Assembly (NCBI GenBank): GCA_043228905.1 | Contig: JBHGNT010000004.1 | Location: 23,002,001-23,066,000 of the forward strand | Direction: 5' to 3' | Source: Azolla caroliniana | Lineage: Eukaryota > Plantae > Polypodiophyta | Length of the DNA stretch: 64,000 bases | Shown here: one piece after another, positions 36,478 to 49,197 of the stretch | How the letters are laid out: each line of letters starts with the position of its first letter | Numbering within the stretch: position 1 is the stretch's first letter | Made by a program: the position numbers and the translations under genes | The notes under the pieces: model-generated | Told to the model about the DNA's origin: nothing | The model's database searches: none | The model's input: the letters and a program-made list of their open reading frames with translations, nothing else

Positions 36478-37226
36478 TGTAAAGAATGAGAGGTGTAGGT
36501 GATGTTGTGCAACGGAGGTAAACTGTGTGTGTGCACTTATAGGACAACAAAGAGAGAGAGAGAGAGAGAGAGATTATATTATCGTCTTCGGAGGTCAAAT
36601 ATGACCTATGAGACCAAAAATATTACATTTCAAGAACTTTATCAATGAATGTTGCAATCGAGAGTGCACATTGTGGTTGTGAGAGGAATTCATGCAAAGA
36701 TTGGGCTCGATCGAAGAGATGTGGAAAGCATGGTCGAATATGATCAAAGGCAGAGCATTGTATCAAAGTGTGATACTCAGACTCGCGAACTTGTTTAGGG
36801 CAAAGTGTGCATAGCCGACCACTCTCATCACTTGTACCCCAACGCCCTGTTTCACATCGCAATGCATGTGAGCTAAGTCGCATGGAAGCAATGGTTCGAA
36901 TGGCAGATAACGGTATGGGCTCTAACATGTATGGATGTGTACGATTTCCCCGTTCCGCAAAGAATATGGTTTTGTAGTTAGGTGCAACATGTGTAATATA
37001 ATGTGTGAAGCGTGAGCCTCCACATTTGTCCCATGTCATGATACATTGGCATTGCAAAAATGCCTCATTCACAGAGGAATCTAATGATGCATCATGAAGC
37101 AAGTGTCTCGCATCCCATCTACCAAACCATTTTTCTATATCTTGCATTCAACCGGAACACAAAATTTTACTTTTATGCGTCTCTTGGATCTTTTTGCTTG
37201 CTTCCCACGCAATTCTAGGAAGTCGA

Positions 37227-37278
<52 letters not shown>

Positions 37279-37464
37279 AACAAGAAGTTGTATATAGGTG
37301 AAAAAATAGGATGCATCCAATAGTAACTAAGTTACAAAAGGTTGGTTTAAATACCAACTAGTCTAGGGCAACTGCCCTTTCTACTATTTACAAAACTAGC
37401 CTAGTATGTCCTCTGGCAAGTGTAAAACCATTTCATTTGGGGAAGTTGAGTTCGATTCTCAACA
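36478..37464 (-). repeat. 5' LTR of Copia-3, split by a LINE fragment
   Basis: TGTTGAGA start at 37464, ACA end at 36478 followed by TGGTATCAGAGC; matches 19131-19338. Confidence 0.88.
36573..37233 (-). mobile_element. 5'-truncated LINE (RTEX-like ORF2 C-terminus) inserted in (TC)n
   Basis: RLSSHALRCETGRW...RLCTLC...ESEYHTLIQC zinc-finger end; (GA)n on both sides (36551-36572, 37234-37274). Confidence 0.85.
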
Positions 37465-37804
37465 GTTAAGAACAAGGGAACATTCCATAAGAGGCACTAA
37501 CTACAGTTCCAAGGAAGATGGAAGAGGAGACTAGTTGATTGCGTACAATAGCGCTCTTGCAATCAACGTAGCTCAATGAGGAAGTTCACAAGGTGGTGTT
37601 TTGGGTTGTATGTGGTGATCAATGAGAATGACAACACCACCTACCACCTTCTTGAACTAGATGAAACAAGGTTAGTAGTACTTACGGTAGGAAAAACGAT
37701 GAAGATATTCAAAAAGCAGCGAGAGGAGGATCCAAAACTTAATGGACTTAAGGAATACAAAGAGGACAACAAGCAAGGATTAGGAAGCAAAAGAGGCAAA
37801 GGCT
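37465..37804 (+). pseudogene. Old Gypsy (Gypsy-3) integrase C-terminal remnant
   Basis: MRKFTRWCFGLYVV...TYHLLELDETRL is homologous to the Gypsy-1/2 GPY region. Confidence 0.8.
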
Positions 37805-38882
37805 AACTTGCAGAAGCGATGGCGGTGGCAGTAGACCGCCTGGTTAGTGCTCGCGAGGGCGCAAGTGCCCTCGACCGGGCCATAGAGGCAACAGTCGGCA
37901 AGATAGGCCGGTTAGGCGGAAAGGAGGCCACGAGCTACTTAGAGGCCTAGAAATCTGAAATGTAGATGAGTAACATACCCGAAGATAGACGACTAGCGGG
38001 GTTTCCCCGGGTCATAACGCCACACATCCATACAGAGATGGTCGGGATACAAGCGGGCTGTCACGATTGGGCGGAGTTCGCAGAGGAAGTTCTCGAGAGG
38101 TACAGCTACGATCATTTGCTCTGGCTATCGAGAAAGGATTTTATGGACTGGGTCAACAGCCCCGACAAGGGTCAGAACTCTTTTGCGCTCCTCCAAGAGT
38201 TCGAGTCACGGTTCGCACGACTCTCTAGGTTGGACCGAACCGTGCTCGGAACGAGCAAGGTTCTATTTTTTGTCACTTCATTCGACTCACGCGTCCGAGA
38301 AAGCGTGGGTCTTCTTCTGGAAACCAACCGAGGCTTCACGACTCACTGGGCGACCGTCAAGGAAGTATGCAGCAGGATTGACAAACGTCGGGACTAGAAA
38401 GAAAAGGGGTCCTCGTCAGTCGGACCGGCTGTCGAAATCAGGGCTGAACCAATGCCGACCCGAATGGAAGAAACGAGGAGGTGGCTCGAGCTAGGCCCAC
38501 CCCCGACGAACATAGTCGTGGGACCTACAAATGGCGCCGGACTAGAAGGACTGACAAGGATGGTGCGCGACCTTCAGATCGCCCAAGCCCGACAAAGCGA
38601 CGAAGGTCAACCGCGTGACCGGCGACCACCTACCAATCAGAGGTGTGTATGGTGCGACGGCACTGGACTTGCCCGGAGAGAATGCGCTAACTTCGGAGAA
38701 GCGCTCATGACTAATGTAGTCTACCTTTCGAACGGCAGGGTACATGTGAGCGACATGCGAAGATTGCTCGACACAAATTTCAGACGAGGTGGCATGAAGA
38801 GGCTAATGGAAGAAGCCGTGGCCCGGCACGTCGAAGCCGTCCACTATTCGGCTTTGGTCGGCATACGCGTAGGGGAGAAGAC

Positions 38883-39505
38883 CAGGTTTTTTGTGATGGT
38901 TGGGACATGCCGTATATTCTTTAGGTAGGTTTGTTTGTTGTCATTCCCGAATGGGACATTTTCGATCTGCCGAATCTAATGAGTTGTGGCGTCTCCGGTT
39001 TCGACATAGCCGGGTCAATCGGGCTTTCTCAACTCTCAGAACCAATCTTCATGAGATGTAATGTGATTGGATGCTCTTGAGTCGACAAACCATATATCGT
39101 TTGAGGAAGAGGTGCTTGTCGTACCCTATGCCGACATCGAATGAGCTTTGTGCATCATTATGAACATTCTTCCATGATCGTCATAATCAGAATTTGTGGC
39201 ATAATTCGCGAGTTGTCGACCGGTCAAAGCCAACTCTTGTTGTTTCTTTCGGCACTCCTCTTCATAGTGGTCGAGCTTTCCACAATACCCGCATTCGATC
39301 GGGTTGTTTCGATGGCTCGTTCCGATAGGATGGCTCCCCCTTCTGCCGAACTCCCTAGGATTGTTCCAATCATCTTGCCATTGGTGGGAGTTGCATTCTC
39401 AGGTCGGCTGACCATGTCACCCTTAGCCGAATCCTCTTCCATCATCCAATTGGGAGTAGAGCATTTGACCATTTGGTGCATTTCTCCTTTGTCGGACATG
39501 ATTTG
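38883..39505 (-). pseudogene. Displaced Copia-3 gag/protease fragment inside Gypsy-2 gag
   Basis: 39360-39503 nearly identical to 35710-35853; continues through zinc knuckle and WFVDSRAS to TITKNLV. Confidence 0.85.
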
Positions 39506-39757
39506 GAAGGGGGTCACTACGAAGCCCTAATCGACGAACAGCGAGCAAGAAAAACCGAGGGAGTGGGCCCATCGGGGAGGCATGACACATGAAGCGCAAC
39601 CAAAAAGCACGATGCCGCTCCGACTGGATCCCAGGAGAAGGAGAAGGACAAGATTCCAAGCTTCCGCTTAAGCTCGGAGATAGAGAAAACAACGAACCTA
39701 CAAAAGGTTCTAGAGGAACGAGTTCTCGACAGTCGCATAGAACTCACGCTTAGGGAA

Positions 39758-42700
39758 ATGCTCTGCATAGCAAGAAGGGAGTTCCACAACAGCATCGTGG
39801 ACCTCGTGAAGAGGAAGCATCTCGCAATGGAACCGGAGCCCAAGAAGCCGGTTGAGGTAAGGGCGGCACTCCTCGATGAGAAAGCCTTGGAAGACGAGCT
39901 CGCGGAGAGACACTACGCCAAACCGCTCTGGGTAAGAGCTACTAAAGAAACCCCGGTTCGTATCAGGAATGTCAAGGAACCGGTGGTGGCGTTAATCGAC
40001 CACGGGTCGGAAATTAACCTGATGTCCATGGACATTTACAAAAAGGGGAATTGGCCGATCAATACCAAACATGGGTGGAAGATACGTGCAGCTACAAGAG
40101 CCACGGAAGAGCTACACGGGGCTTGCCCGAACGTCAGGGTGAGCGTCGGGGACATCGACATAAACCAACACTTTTTCGTGCAAGAGACGTCCTCTCACCC
40201 GGTCATCCTTGGGGAACCATACATCACGATGGCTAAAATGGAAACGAAAGTGTTGGACAATGGTTCAGCCTATGCGAGGGTACAAAGTCAGGACGGTTGT
40301 CACTCCGTTCAATTTTTGACCGTTCGAAAGAACCACGAACGAAATCGGGACACCCTCGGAACTAATAACAAGCCAAATTTTTAAAGAGGGCTATCAAGGC
40401 GTGGGGCCGCGATAGTCCGGATAACCGGAAAGCTCTCCACACCTGTAAAATAGGTAGGAAAGTTTTGTTCTCTGACAACGGAGGATGTACCATAGTCAGC
40501 ATCAATGGCCGAGAAAGAAAACGGGCCGAGATACGCTTAAAGGCGTGCGGAGCCTTGAGCTGCAATGAAGGAATTGGGGAAGTCGTGGAGGCGGTCTCGT
40601 TCGATGACACCCTGGGTGAAATCGGGAAGGTAGTCGAAGGAGGTCTAAGCGAAGACCGAGTCATACCGGTCAACTCGATTGACATGTATGAAGTCATTGC
40701 GGACTTCGAAAGAGGAACCCGGGCGCATCAGATCGCCCGAGTAGGCACGAAATACAAGATTGTGAACCGGAAGGTGAAGCCCGTCGCAGCTCCCTTGCTA
40801 GAGGGCAGCTGGGAACGAATAAAGGGGGTCACTACCGACCCTAGCTTGCGGGATCCGGCCGGCATAGGGCATCGTTTCACCGATAAAATGCTATGAGAGC
40901 TGAAGATCAGTGGGGGTGGCTTCCTACTGCCGGCAGAAGAGGATCCGTTTAGAAGGATGCTCGAAAGGCATGGGAAGGCCTTCGCATTCTCACCAGGAGA
41001 GATCAGGTGCGTCGACCCGACCATCATTGAGCCAATGGTAATCTTTACGGTGCTGCACGTACCATGGAGCCTCAAGCCAATCCAAGTACCGAGGGCTCAC
41101 ATGGCGATGTTGATGGAGCTCCTTAAACAGAAAGTAGAGTTGGGCATCCTCAAACCGTCAAGTGCCCCCTATTCTAACCGGTGGTTTACGGTACTGAAGA
41201 AGAACGGTACGCTGCGATTCATCCAGGACTTACAACCGGTCAACAAAGTGACCATCCGCAATACGGGAGTCGGACCGTCGATCGATGAGTTCACGGAAGC
41301 CTTCGCTGGAAGGTCCATATACTCGGTCGGAGACCTTTACTTAGGATACAACCAATTCCAATTGGTCATGGAAAGCAGGGACATCATGACAATGCGAACC
41401 CCTCTCAGTCTAGTTCGGATGTGCACCTTACCACAAGGAGGGACCAACTCAGTTGCACACATGGTGAATGCTATGAACAGAGTTCTGAGGGACTGCATTC
41501 CGGACATCACCATGCCTTTCTTGGACGACATCCCTATCAAGGGGTATCCGGAGGACACCAAGGATGAGTCGATCGGCACGGACGGGTGCCTAAGGTTTGT
41601 CACGGACCACATTGCCGACTGCGAAAAGATACTACAGAGCCTCGAAGGCACGCGGCTTACCTTCTTGGGAGAGAATTCGGCCTTCAGGCAACAAGAGATA
41701 TTAGTGGTTGGCCACCTTTGTGGGTCGTACGGCCGGAAGCCATCGCCGACCAAGGTAGAGGCCATCTCGGCAATGAAGGAGGAGTGCGGATCCGTCACAG
41801 AGGTCCGGCAATTCTTAAGAGCGTGCACCTTCTACCACATATGGATCCCTCATTATGCGCACATTGCCGAACCACTCTATGGCTTGCTGAAGAAGAGCAG
41901 AAGATTGACATGGACGAAGGAACATGCGGAGGCGGTCCGGAAGCTAAAGCGAGCGCTTATCGCGGCACCGGCTTTGCGCAAAGCGGAATACACACTGAGT
42001 ACTCCAGTCTACATCACGGTGGACACCAGCCCGACCGGGATCGGATGGGTCGTAAATCAAGAGGAAAAAGACGGCACACGCTTCCCTATCCGGTTCGGTG
42101 CGAAGGTACTGAGTGAGCGACAACGAGGGTACGCCCAAGTCAAGCGTGAACAGTGGGGTATCGTTTCGGCGGTTAAGGTCGACAAAGACTAGTTAATCGG
42201 GGCGGAAGTAATTATAGAAACGGACTGCCTGCCGATTCTCGGTATGGTCTCCGAATGCGCGACTCCCGACTTGGCCATGCTCAGGTGGATTGCGTACATC
42301 AAGTCCCTGAACCCGGAGATACAACACATCTCGGGTAAAGACAACGCCATGGCCGACATGCTTTCTAGAGCAAGATTCGAGGACGAGGACGGCATGGTAT
42401 CAGAGAATGAAGAAGTCGGCGTAGACTTCTTCAAATCGGCAAGGATGAGGATAAAAGAGCAAAGCACCCTGCCCGTGAATGAGTTCGACGAAGACGGCTA
42501 CGATGGGAGATTTCTGAAGACAGTGACGTCAGACGCCCTCTTTCAGGACAGCTCCGGAAGAGGGCGTACCGATATTTCCTATGGAACGGGAAAATCTAGA
42601 GAGTCCCGAAAAGGCGAAATGACGTGCCGCTCCGGGTAATAACGCAGGCAAATGACCAACAGAAGCTAATGTCGAAGTTCCACGAGAGCCCTTGGTCTAG

Positions 42701-43780
42701 ACACCGGGGTACGTGGGCTACATTCGAAAGGTTAAAGGAAAAATACTGGTGGCCAGGCATGTACAACAGCGTGCACGACTTCGTGTCTACGTGCGAAAGC
42801 TACCAGATGCACTCGGTGGTTCGGCACCGCGATGAACTACACCTGACTTATCCTCCGACCGTGCACTTCAAGTGGATGGTTGACTTAGTGACGATGCCGA
42901 TGGGCGAAGGGCAGAAGCGATACCTAGTGCTGGCTAGAGAGGACCTAACCAACCAGGTAGAGGGGCGAGCACTAATGAACAAGACCACCGCGTCAGTATG
43001 TATGTTTCTGATCGAGGATGTCATATGCCGATACGGGTGTGTGGGAAAAATCGTGGCCAACCGAGGTGAGCTAGACGCGGAAGAGGCAGAGGAACTGTTC
43101 GATCAGTTAGGCGTGAAACTGTCCCTCACAACGGGGTACAACCCGGAGGCAAACAGAAAGATTGAACGGGGCCACGGTCCGATTGTAAAAGCCATTGTAC
43201 GCGTGTGCAGAGGTCGAGTCAGCAACTGGCCGAGGATGCTCTCATATGCATTGTGGGCGGCGGTGTCGAAACCAATGTGCTCCCACCCACAGTTCGGTGA
43301 TACGGTACATGCTGGTGGAACTAATGTTCGGACAGAAACCCATCATGCCCGTTGAGAGAACAATCACCTCGTGGACGGCAATCGATTGGTCTAATGAACT
43401 GAGCAGAGAAGAGCTGCTAGTGGCACGAATCCGGCAACTCAAGCAAAGACTAGAAGACGTGGAACGAGCCACGGCAAGGGTGAAAGAGGCGCGGATCCGA
43501 AACAAAGCCCGGTTTGACCGAAAACACTGACTCCAGCCAAGGAAGATGGAGGAAGGTGATTGGGTGTTGGTCTACGACAGTAGCCTCGACAACCAGCATA
43601 GGTCTACGCGCAAGTTTATGAAGCGTTGGTTCGGACCGTACATGGTAACTAGTGTCAACGACAACGCGACATATCATCTCGCGGAGCTCGACGGGACGCG
43701 TGTAGCGACTCCGGTGGCTGGGAAGCGGATAAAAGCCTTCAAGATACGGAACAAAGCATAACCTAACCCGGGAGCCTAAA
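39758..43780 (+). pseudogene. Gypsy-2 protease and pol
   Basis: ALIDHGSEINLM, FLDD, LVLAREDLTNQVEGRAL, WFGPY; several stops and frameshifts. Confidence 0.92.
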
Positions 43781-43883
43781 GCGCCAGTTCAGGAGAGGAT
43801 GACGAGTGACCGATGGCCCGGAATCCCTCACTAAATTCGCAATCCGGCACATACCGGAGGATGTGCGGTTTAGTGGGGGTGGA

Positions 43884-44605
43884 TGTCGTGAAGATTCCGG
43901 GCCATAAGCGGAAACAAGGTGAAACGCGCAGGAACACCAGTATACGCGAGTGCGCGCCTCGAGGGAATTAAATAGGATAAGTACTAGGCATGAGTATAAG
44001 GAGGGGTACTAAGTAGTTAGAGCATTAAAGAAGATATAGACATCGCATAAGTAGGGAGAGTTACGAGGAGAGAATCTAGGACGAAAAAGTGATGGGTCAT
44101 GAATGCTTGTAACGGTCGCTCCTTGTGCTATAAAAGGGGCGACCTTTGACTGTCGTCGGGGATGCCATCTAGAGGAGAGGATACACACAGAAAGACCAAG
44201 GATGGACCGCAAAAGAAGGCGCTTCCCCTGCTCGCGTCAGACGCCCGAGTGCTCCCGACCTGGGGATCGACCTTCTACGCACCGTCATCTCTTTGTACCT
44301 GGCTATTTGCCAAGCTCCGCACTCCATCACCGGCTCTGATCCGGCTGTACCCCCTCATAGCACCGTGCACCTGTGTTTCAATAGAATTCTTTCTACCTAA
44401 CATACTTCGTTCTCAGTGTCTTTGTCGGTGTCTGTGTCTACGCGTGTCTCTCTTACTCTCTCTCGTTCGCTAGACTTACCCGCTCTCCCGTGGTCTCAAG
44501 ACCTACGCGATCCCCAAACTCCTCCCTCCTCGCTTTCCTGATTCCTTGGTCCGAGACCCTCATGGTCCTGCCCGACTCCACGCATCCGCGAGGATAACCT
44601 CGACA
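43884..44605 (+). repeat. Gypsy-2 LTR flanked by PPT upstream and PBS downstream
   Basis: TGTCG...CGACA; TATAAAA near 44128; 3' ~250 bp repeated at 46188-46438. Confidence 0.92.
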
Positions 44606-46438
44606 TAGTTGGTGAACCCAACGTGAAGAAGGGCGGCAAAGGAATCTGGAGATGAGAGGAAGCAAACTTGCAGAAGCAATGGCGGTGGCAGTAGACCGCC
44701 TGGTTAGTGCTCGCGAGGGCGCGAGTGCCCTCGACCGGGCCATAGAGGCAACAATCGGCAAGATAGGCCGGTTAGGCGGAAAGGAGGCCACGAGCTACTT
44801 AGAGGCCTAGAAATCTGAAATGTAGATGAGGAACATACCCGAAGATAGACGACTAGCGGGGTTTCCCCGGGTCATAACGCCACACATCCATACAGAGATG
44901 GTCGAGATACAAGCGGGTTGTCACGATTGGGCGGAGTTCGCAGAGGAAGTTCTCGAGAGGTACAACTACGATCATTCGCTCTGGCTATCGAGAAAGGATT
45001 TTATGGACTAGGTCAACAGCCCCGACAAGGGTCAGAACGCTTCTGCGCTCCTCCAAGAGTTCGAGTCACGGTTCGCACGACTCTCTAGGTTGGACCGAAC
45101 CGTGCTCGGAACGAGCAAGGTTCTATTTTTTGTCACTTCATTCGACTCACGCGTCCGGGAAAGCGTGAGTCTTCTTCTGGAAACCAACCGAGGCCTCACG
45201 ACTCACTGGGCGACCGTCAAGGAAGTATGCAGCAGGATTGACAAACATCGGGACTGGAAAGAAAAGGGGTCCTCGTCAGTCGGACCGGCTGTCGAAATCA
45301 GGGCCGAACCAATGCCAACCCGAATGGAAGAAACGAGGAGGTGGCTCGAGCTAGGCCCACCCCCGGCGAACATAATCGCGGGACCTACAAATGGCGCCGG
45401 ACTAGAAGGACTGACAAGGATGGTGTGCGACCTCCAGATCGCCCAAGCTCGACAAAGCGACGAAGGTCAACCGCGCGACCGGTGACCACCTACCAATCAG
45501 AGGTGTGTATGGTGCGACGGCATTGGACTTGCCCGGAGAGAATGCGCTAAATTCGGAGAAGCGCTCAGGACTAATGTAGTCTACCTTTCGAACGGCAGGG
45601 TACATGCGCGCGACACGCGAAGATTGCTCGACACAAATTTCAAACGAGGTGGCATGAAGAGGCTAATGGAAGAAGCCGTGGCCCGGCACGTCGAAGCCAT
45701 CCACTATTCGGCTTTGGTCGGCATACGCGTAGGGGAGAAGACGGCCAAACCCGATTCCAAATCTGGGTTCTGGCCGGTTGTTCTCGAGACCTTGTCCAGA
45801 AGAAGGTTGCAGAATGAGGAAGCGGAGCATGTAGAAGAACGTGTTCGCGAAGTTACCGGGTGGAGCGACCCCATTGAAGAAAGCACCGGCTTTGTGGAGA
45901 CCGCGTGCAGGAACTACGAATCCCTGATCGACGAACAACGAGCAAGAAAAACCGAGGGAGCGGGCCCATCGGGGAGGCTTGACACATGAAGCGCAACCAA
46001 AAAGCACGATGCCGCTCCGACCGGATCCCAGGAGAAGGAGAAGGGCAAGATTCCAACTAGCTTCCGCTTAAGCTCGGAGATAGAGAAAACAATGAACCTA
46101 CAAAAGGTTCTAGAGGAGCGAGTTCTCGACAGTCGCATAGAACTCACGCTTAGGGAAGTGATCGGCATAGCAAGAAGGGAGTTCCACTCACAACACCGTG
46201 CACCTGTGGTTTAATAGAACTCTTTCTACCTAACATACTTTGTTCTCAGTGTCTTTGTCGGTGTCTGTGTCTACGCGTGTCTCTCTTACTCTCTCTCGTT
46301 CGCTAGACTTACCCGCTCTCCCGTGGTCTCAAGACCTACGTGATCCCCAAACTCCTCCCTCCTCGCTTTCCTAATTCCTTAGTTCGAGACCCCCGTGGTC
46401 CTACCTGACTCCACGCATCCGCGAGGATAACCTCAACA

Positions 46439-47130
46439 ACGTACTAGTGGATGTGCGGGTTTGATGGGGTTGGATATTGTGATGTAGCAAGTCTAAAGGT
46501 AGAAAATAGAGAATTGGGAAAGAGCCATTGAAATGTAAATATGTATGTATTAAAACATTAATATAATAAGAAAAGAGTACATTATAGTTCTAGCCAATGG
46601 TTAAGGATATAGGGTGGTGAGCGCAAGAGTGAACTTGGACCACCTCTCCTTCATCATTTGCTATTACTACTAGGGTTGTATGAAAAAGTCTTTTAAGGTT
46701 TCGCCAGCTCGCTCGAAAAAGATGGTGAAAGGAGAAACAAAAGGCGTGGAGAAAAGAGGTGGATCGAAAGAGGGCGTAGAAAGTTACAACAACAAAAGAC
46801 ATGAATATCATTGTTCGTGAGCTCGGGTCACCAAAACTCAAATTCTATCATCCCATTTTAATCCCCGATCCATTGTAATCACCATTATAAACACTTCACT
46901 TCATCACTATTATGGTTAATATTTTGTAATCATCTTGTAGAACTATTTTGTAAAGGGAATTTCTATTGTGAAAATTAGAGTTTGGATCTTAATCTTGGTC
47001 TTGTTGCATTAAACTAGTGTATTTATCCCTAATCCCATTTTAACCACTATCGTTTTTGTGCATTAACTAAGAGGGAAATAAAACAAGGAAACCCAAAAGT
47101 GTTTTAAATTCTTCTCACACAACACCACGT
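46439..47130 (+). mobile_element. Gypsy-3 3' end (pre-PPT motif, PPT, degenerate LTR); right boundary uncertain
   Basis: GGATGTGCGGGTTTGATGGGGTTGGA matches the pre-LTR motif of Gypsy-1 and Gypsy-2. Confidence 0.6.
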
Positions 47131-48504
47131 CCTCCATGATTCAATTTTCCCCACAATCTTTCTCAATTAGAGCATGCACGGGAGTATCTTCGAGAAAACA
47201 TTGCCTGAAATAGAAAGAACACTTTTTGCAAAGAATGTTATACATGAAACAAAAAATATGACCGTGGCATTCTTTTTCTTCAATTAAATATGTAATCTAG
47301 CTCCGAAAACATTGAATATGTAAGGGTATGTAGTCCACATGAACAATTGCATGTGGGCTAACCATTGAGGATAGTGTTACGATGCTAGTAGACCTCTAGA
47401 AGGTGCTAACATATTTATCACCTGGTATATTTTTCTATGATCTATCACACTACGACAATGTATGTGGTGGATTGCTCCATGATAGATTTCCTTGAAGGGT
47501 GGTCAGAAGAAACAAGTTGGTTAAATATAATCTTTTACAACTATATACATGTAATTGATTCTAAATAGTTATGGTAGTAGGTAATAAGCTAGTAGCAAAC
47601 CAACAAACATCAACTAGCTATTATCTACTCGTCAAACATCAATTCGTTATCCCCCCAAGGGAATATTGCTAGTAGCTACTAATTATCTTAGTTGTAACCT
47701 TGACCACTAATTAACTAAACTAACTTCGTTGTAACTTTATTAATAACTACCCATTGAGCATCAATTAGCTAATTAGCAAAGTGAACAGTTCTTGTAGGTA
47801 AGGTCAATGATAACCACTAGCTAATTAGTTAAAGTGATTATTAGTAGCAAACAATAGATAAAGTGATTTAGTTGGAACATTAGCAATAGCTAACTGGCTT
47901 ATTGATTATGACCTTATCTAACTAGCAAAGGACAATGATAACTAGTAACATTATGATATACATATAGCCAACATGTTGTGGCAAGTACTCGAGGAATTAC
48001 TCACGAGGATTATGTGTTTGGTTGAGCTAACGTTGCAACTCATGATTTGATAGATGGTGATGTATATGAGATTAAGAGTCCAACCCACACGTCTCCTTAA
48101 AATCAACTTAATTCTTTTCTTGTGGAAGACTACATTGAAATGGAGAGCAATACCCAGAATATGATATAGTCAACCAAGTGCATGATTCTCACGTGCAACA
48201 TAACAATGTTTTTGAACACTTGATACAACAATTCTTTGTGTCCTCCGACCTTGCAATAACCCACCAAGCCCTAAATTTGATCCTATAGAACCACATCTTC
48301 CTCATTTAGAACAGTTAACAAACAAAGATTAGTTACTCAGTCAAGAGGCTAGAACTGGATTTATTTAATGGATTTTCCTTTTTAAGATTTACTTCATGAT
48401 ATTTATTTGTACAAGTAAAAATATATTGGTTTATACTTTATCTGAACATTGTATGAATTTTGTTAAGAAAAATTAAAGAAATAGACTATTTTGAAAGAGG
48501 AATT

Positions 48505-49188
48505 TGACAGGAACTACACACTCCCTATGCGCAACGCTCGGCCACAACCGAGCTTAGAATCATACACAGAAAGACGGGAATGAATGCACGACACAATGAA
48601 GAGAAGAGTACACAGGATGTTTACGTGGAAAACCCAAATATGGGAAAAACCACGGCAGCCCACAAACTGCAAACTATCACTATGTCAAAATGTACAAAAT
48701 GGTAAAGCACCGAAGCAACGACCTCGAGCTTTCTATCTTCACCACAGGCGGCGGTTACAACAGAGGCAACGACCTCTTCCTCTCTCTCACTCTCTCTGTA
48801 CACAATTGCACGCTATAATCTTACACCAACAAGAATAACAACAACATCCTCATTCTCTGTTTGCCCTAAGTCATATTTATACTAATATGACTTTTCGGCT
48901 ATTTACAAATATAGCCCCGATGGACTCTCAGAAACATATTTACGAATATGTCTCTTCATCTAGTGAGCGCTCCTCACCGGGCCTGCATCATCCGGCGCTT
49001 GCCGGGTACTCGTCATCCGGTTCTCACCAGGTCTGCACCATCCGGCTCTCCGTATCCGGGTACTCGTCATCCGGTTCTCACCGCGTCTTCCGTAGCTGGG
49101 TATTCCTCATCCGGTTTCGGCCTCGACCGAGTTTGCTCATCAGTACTGTTCTTCTCGCTTCCCATCCGGAGGGACTTGTTTCCTAACA
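48505..49188 (-). repeat. 3' LTR of Copia-4
   Basis: Repeat of 53214-53897. Confidence 0.95.
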
Positions 49189-49197
49189 AACTCCCCC

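Larger units (their letters stand above)
32335..37464 (-). mobile_element. Ty1/Copia LTR retrotransposon (Copia-3, related to Copia-2), degenerate; 3' LTR broken by the DNA transposon and LINE
   Basis: 5' LTR 36478-37464, PBS 36466-36477, gag (LPTEKLDRTKFASWEYKMHQ), INT, RT, RH fragments to 32595, PPT then LTR start at 32424. Confidence 0.92.
37805..46438 (+). mobile_element. Ty3/Gypsy (Gypsy-2) tandem structure: internal region, LTR, truncated internal region, partial LTR
   Basis: gag 37805-39750, PR 39758-40384, pol 40381-43780 with stops, PPT, LTR 43884-44605, Trp PBS 44610-44626, second gag 44627-46186, LTR 3' part ~46188-46438. Confidence 0.9.

Noticed and set aside
46585-46645. tRNA-like A-box TAGCCAATGGTTAAG in the Gypsy-3 LTR remnant
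   Set aside because: No convincing B-box at the expected distance
47130-48500. AT-rich tract with TAGCTA/ACTAG repeats as a Helitron or MITE
   Set aside because: No termini, TSD or ORF could be identified
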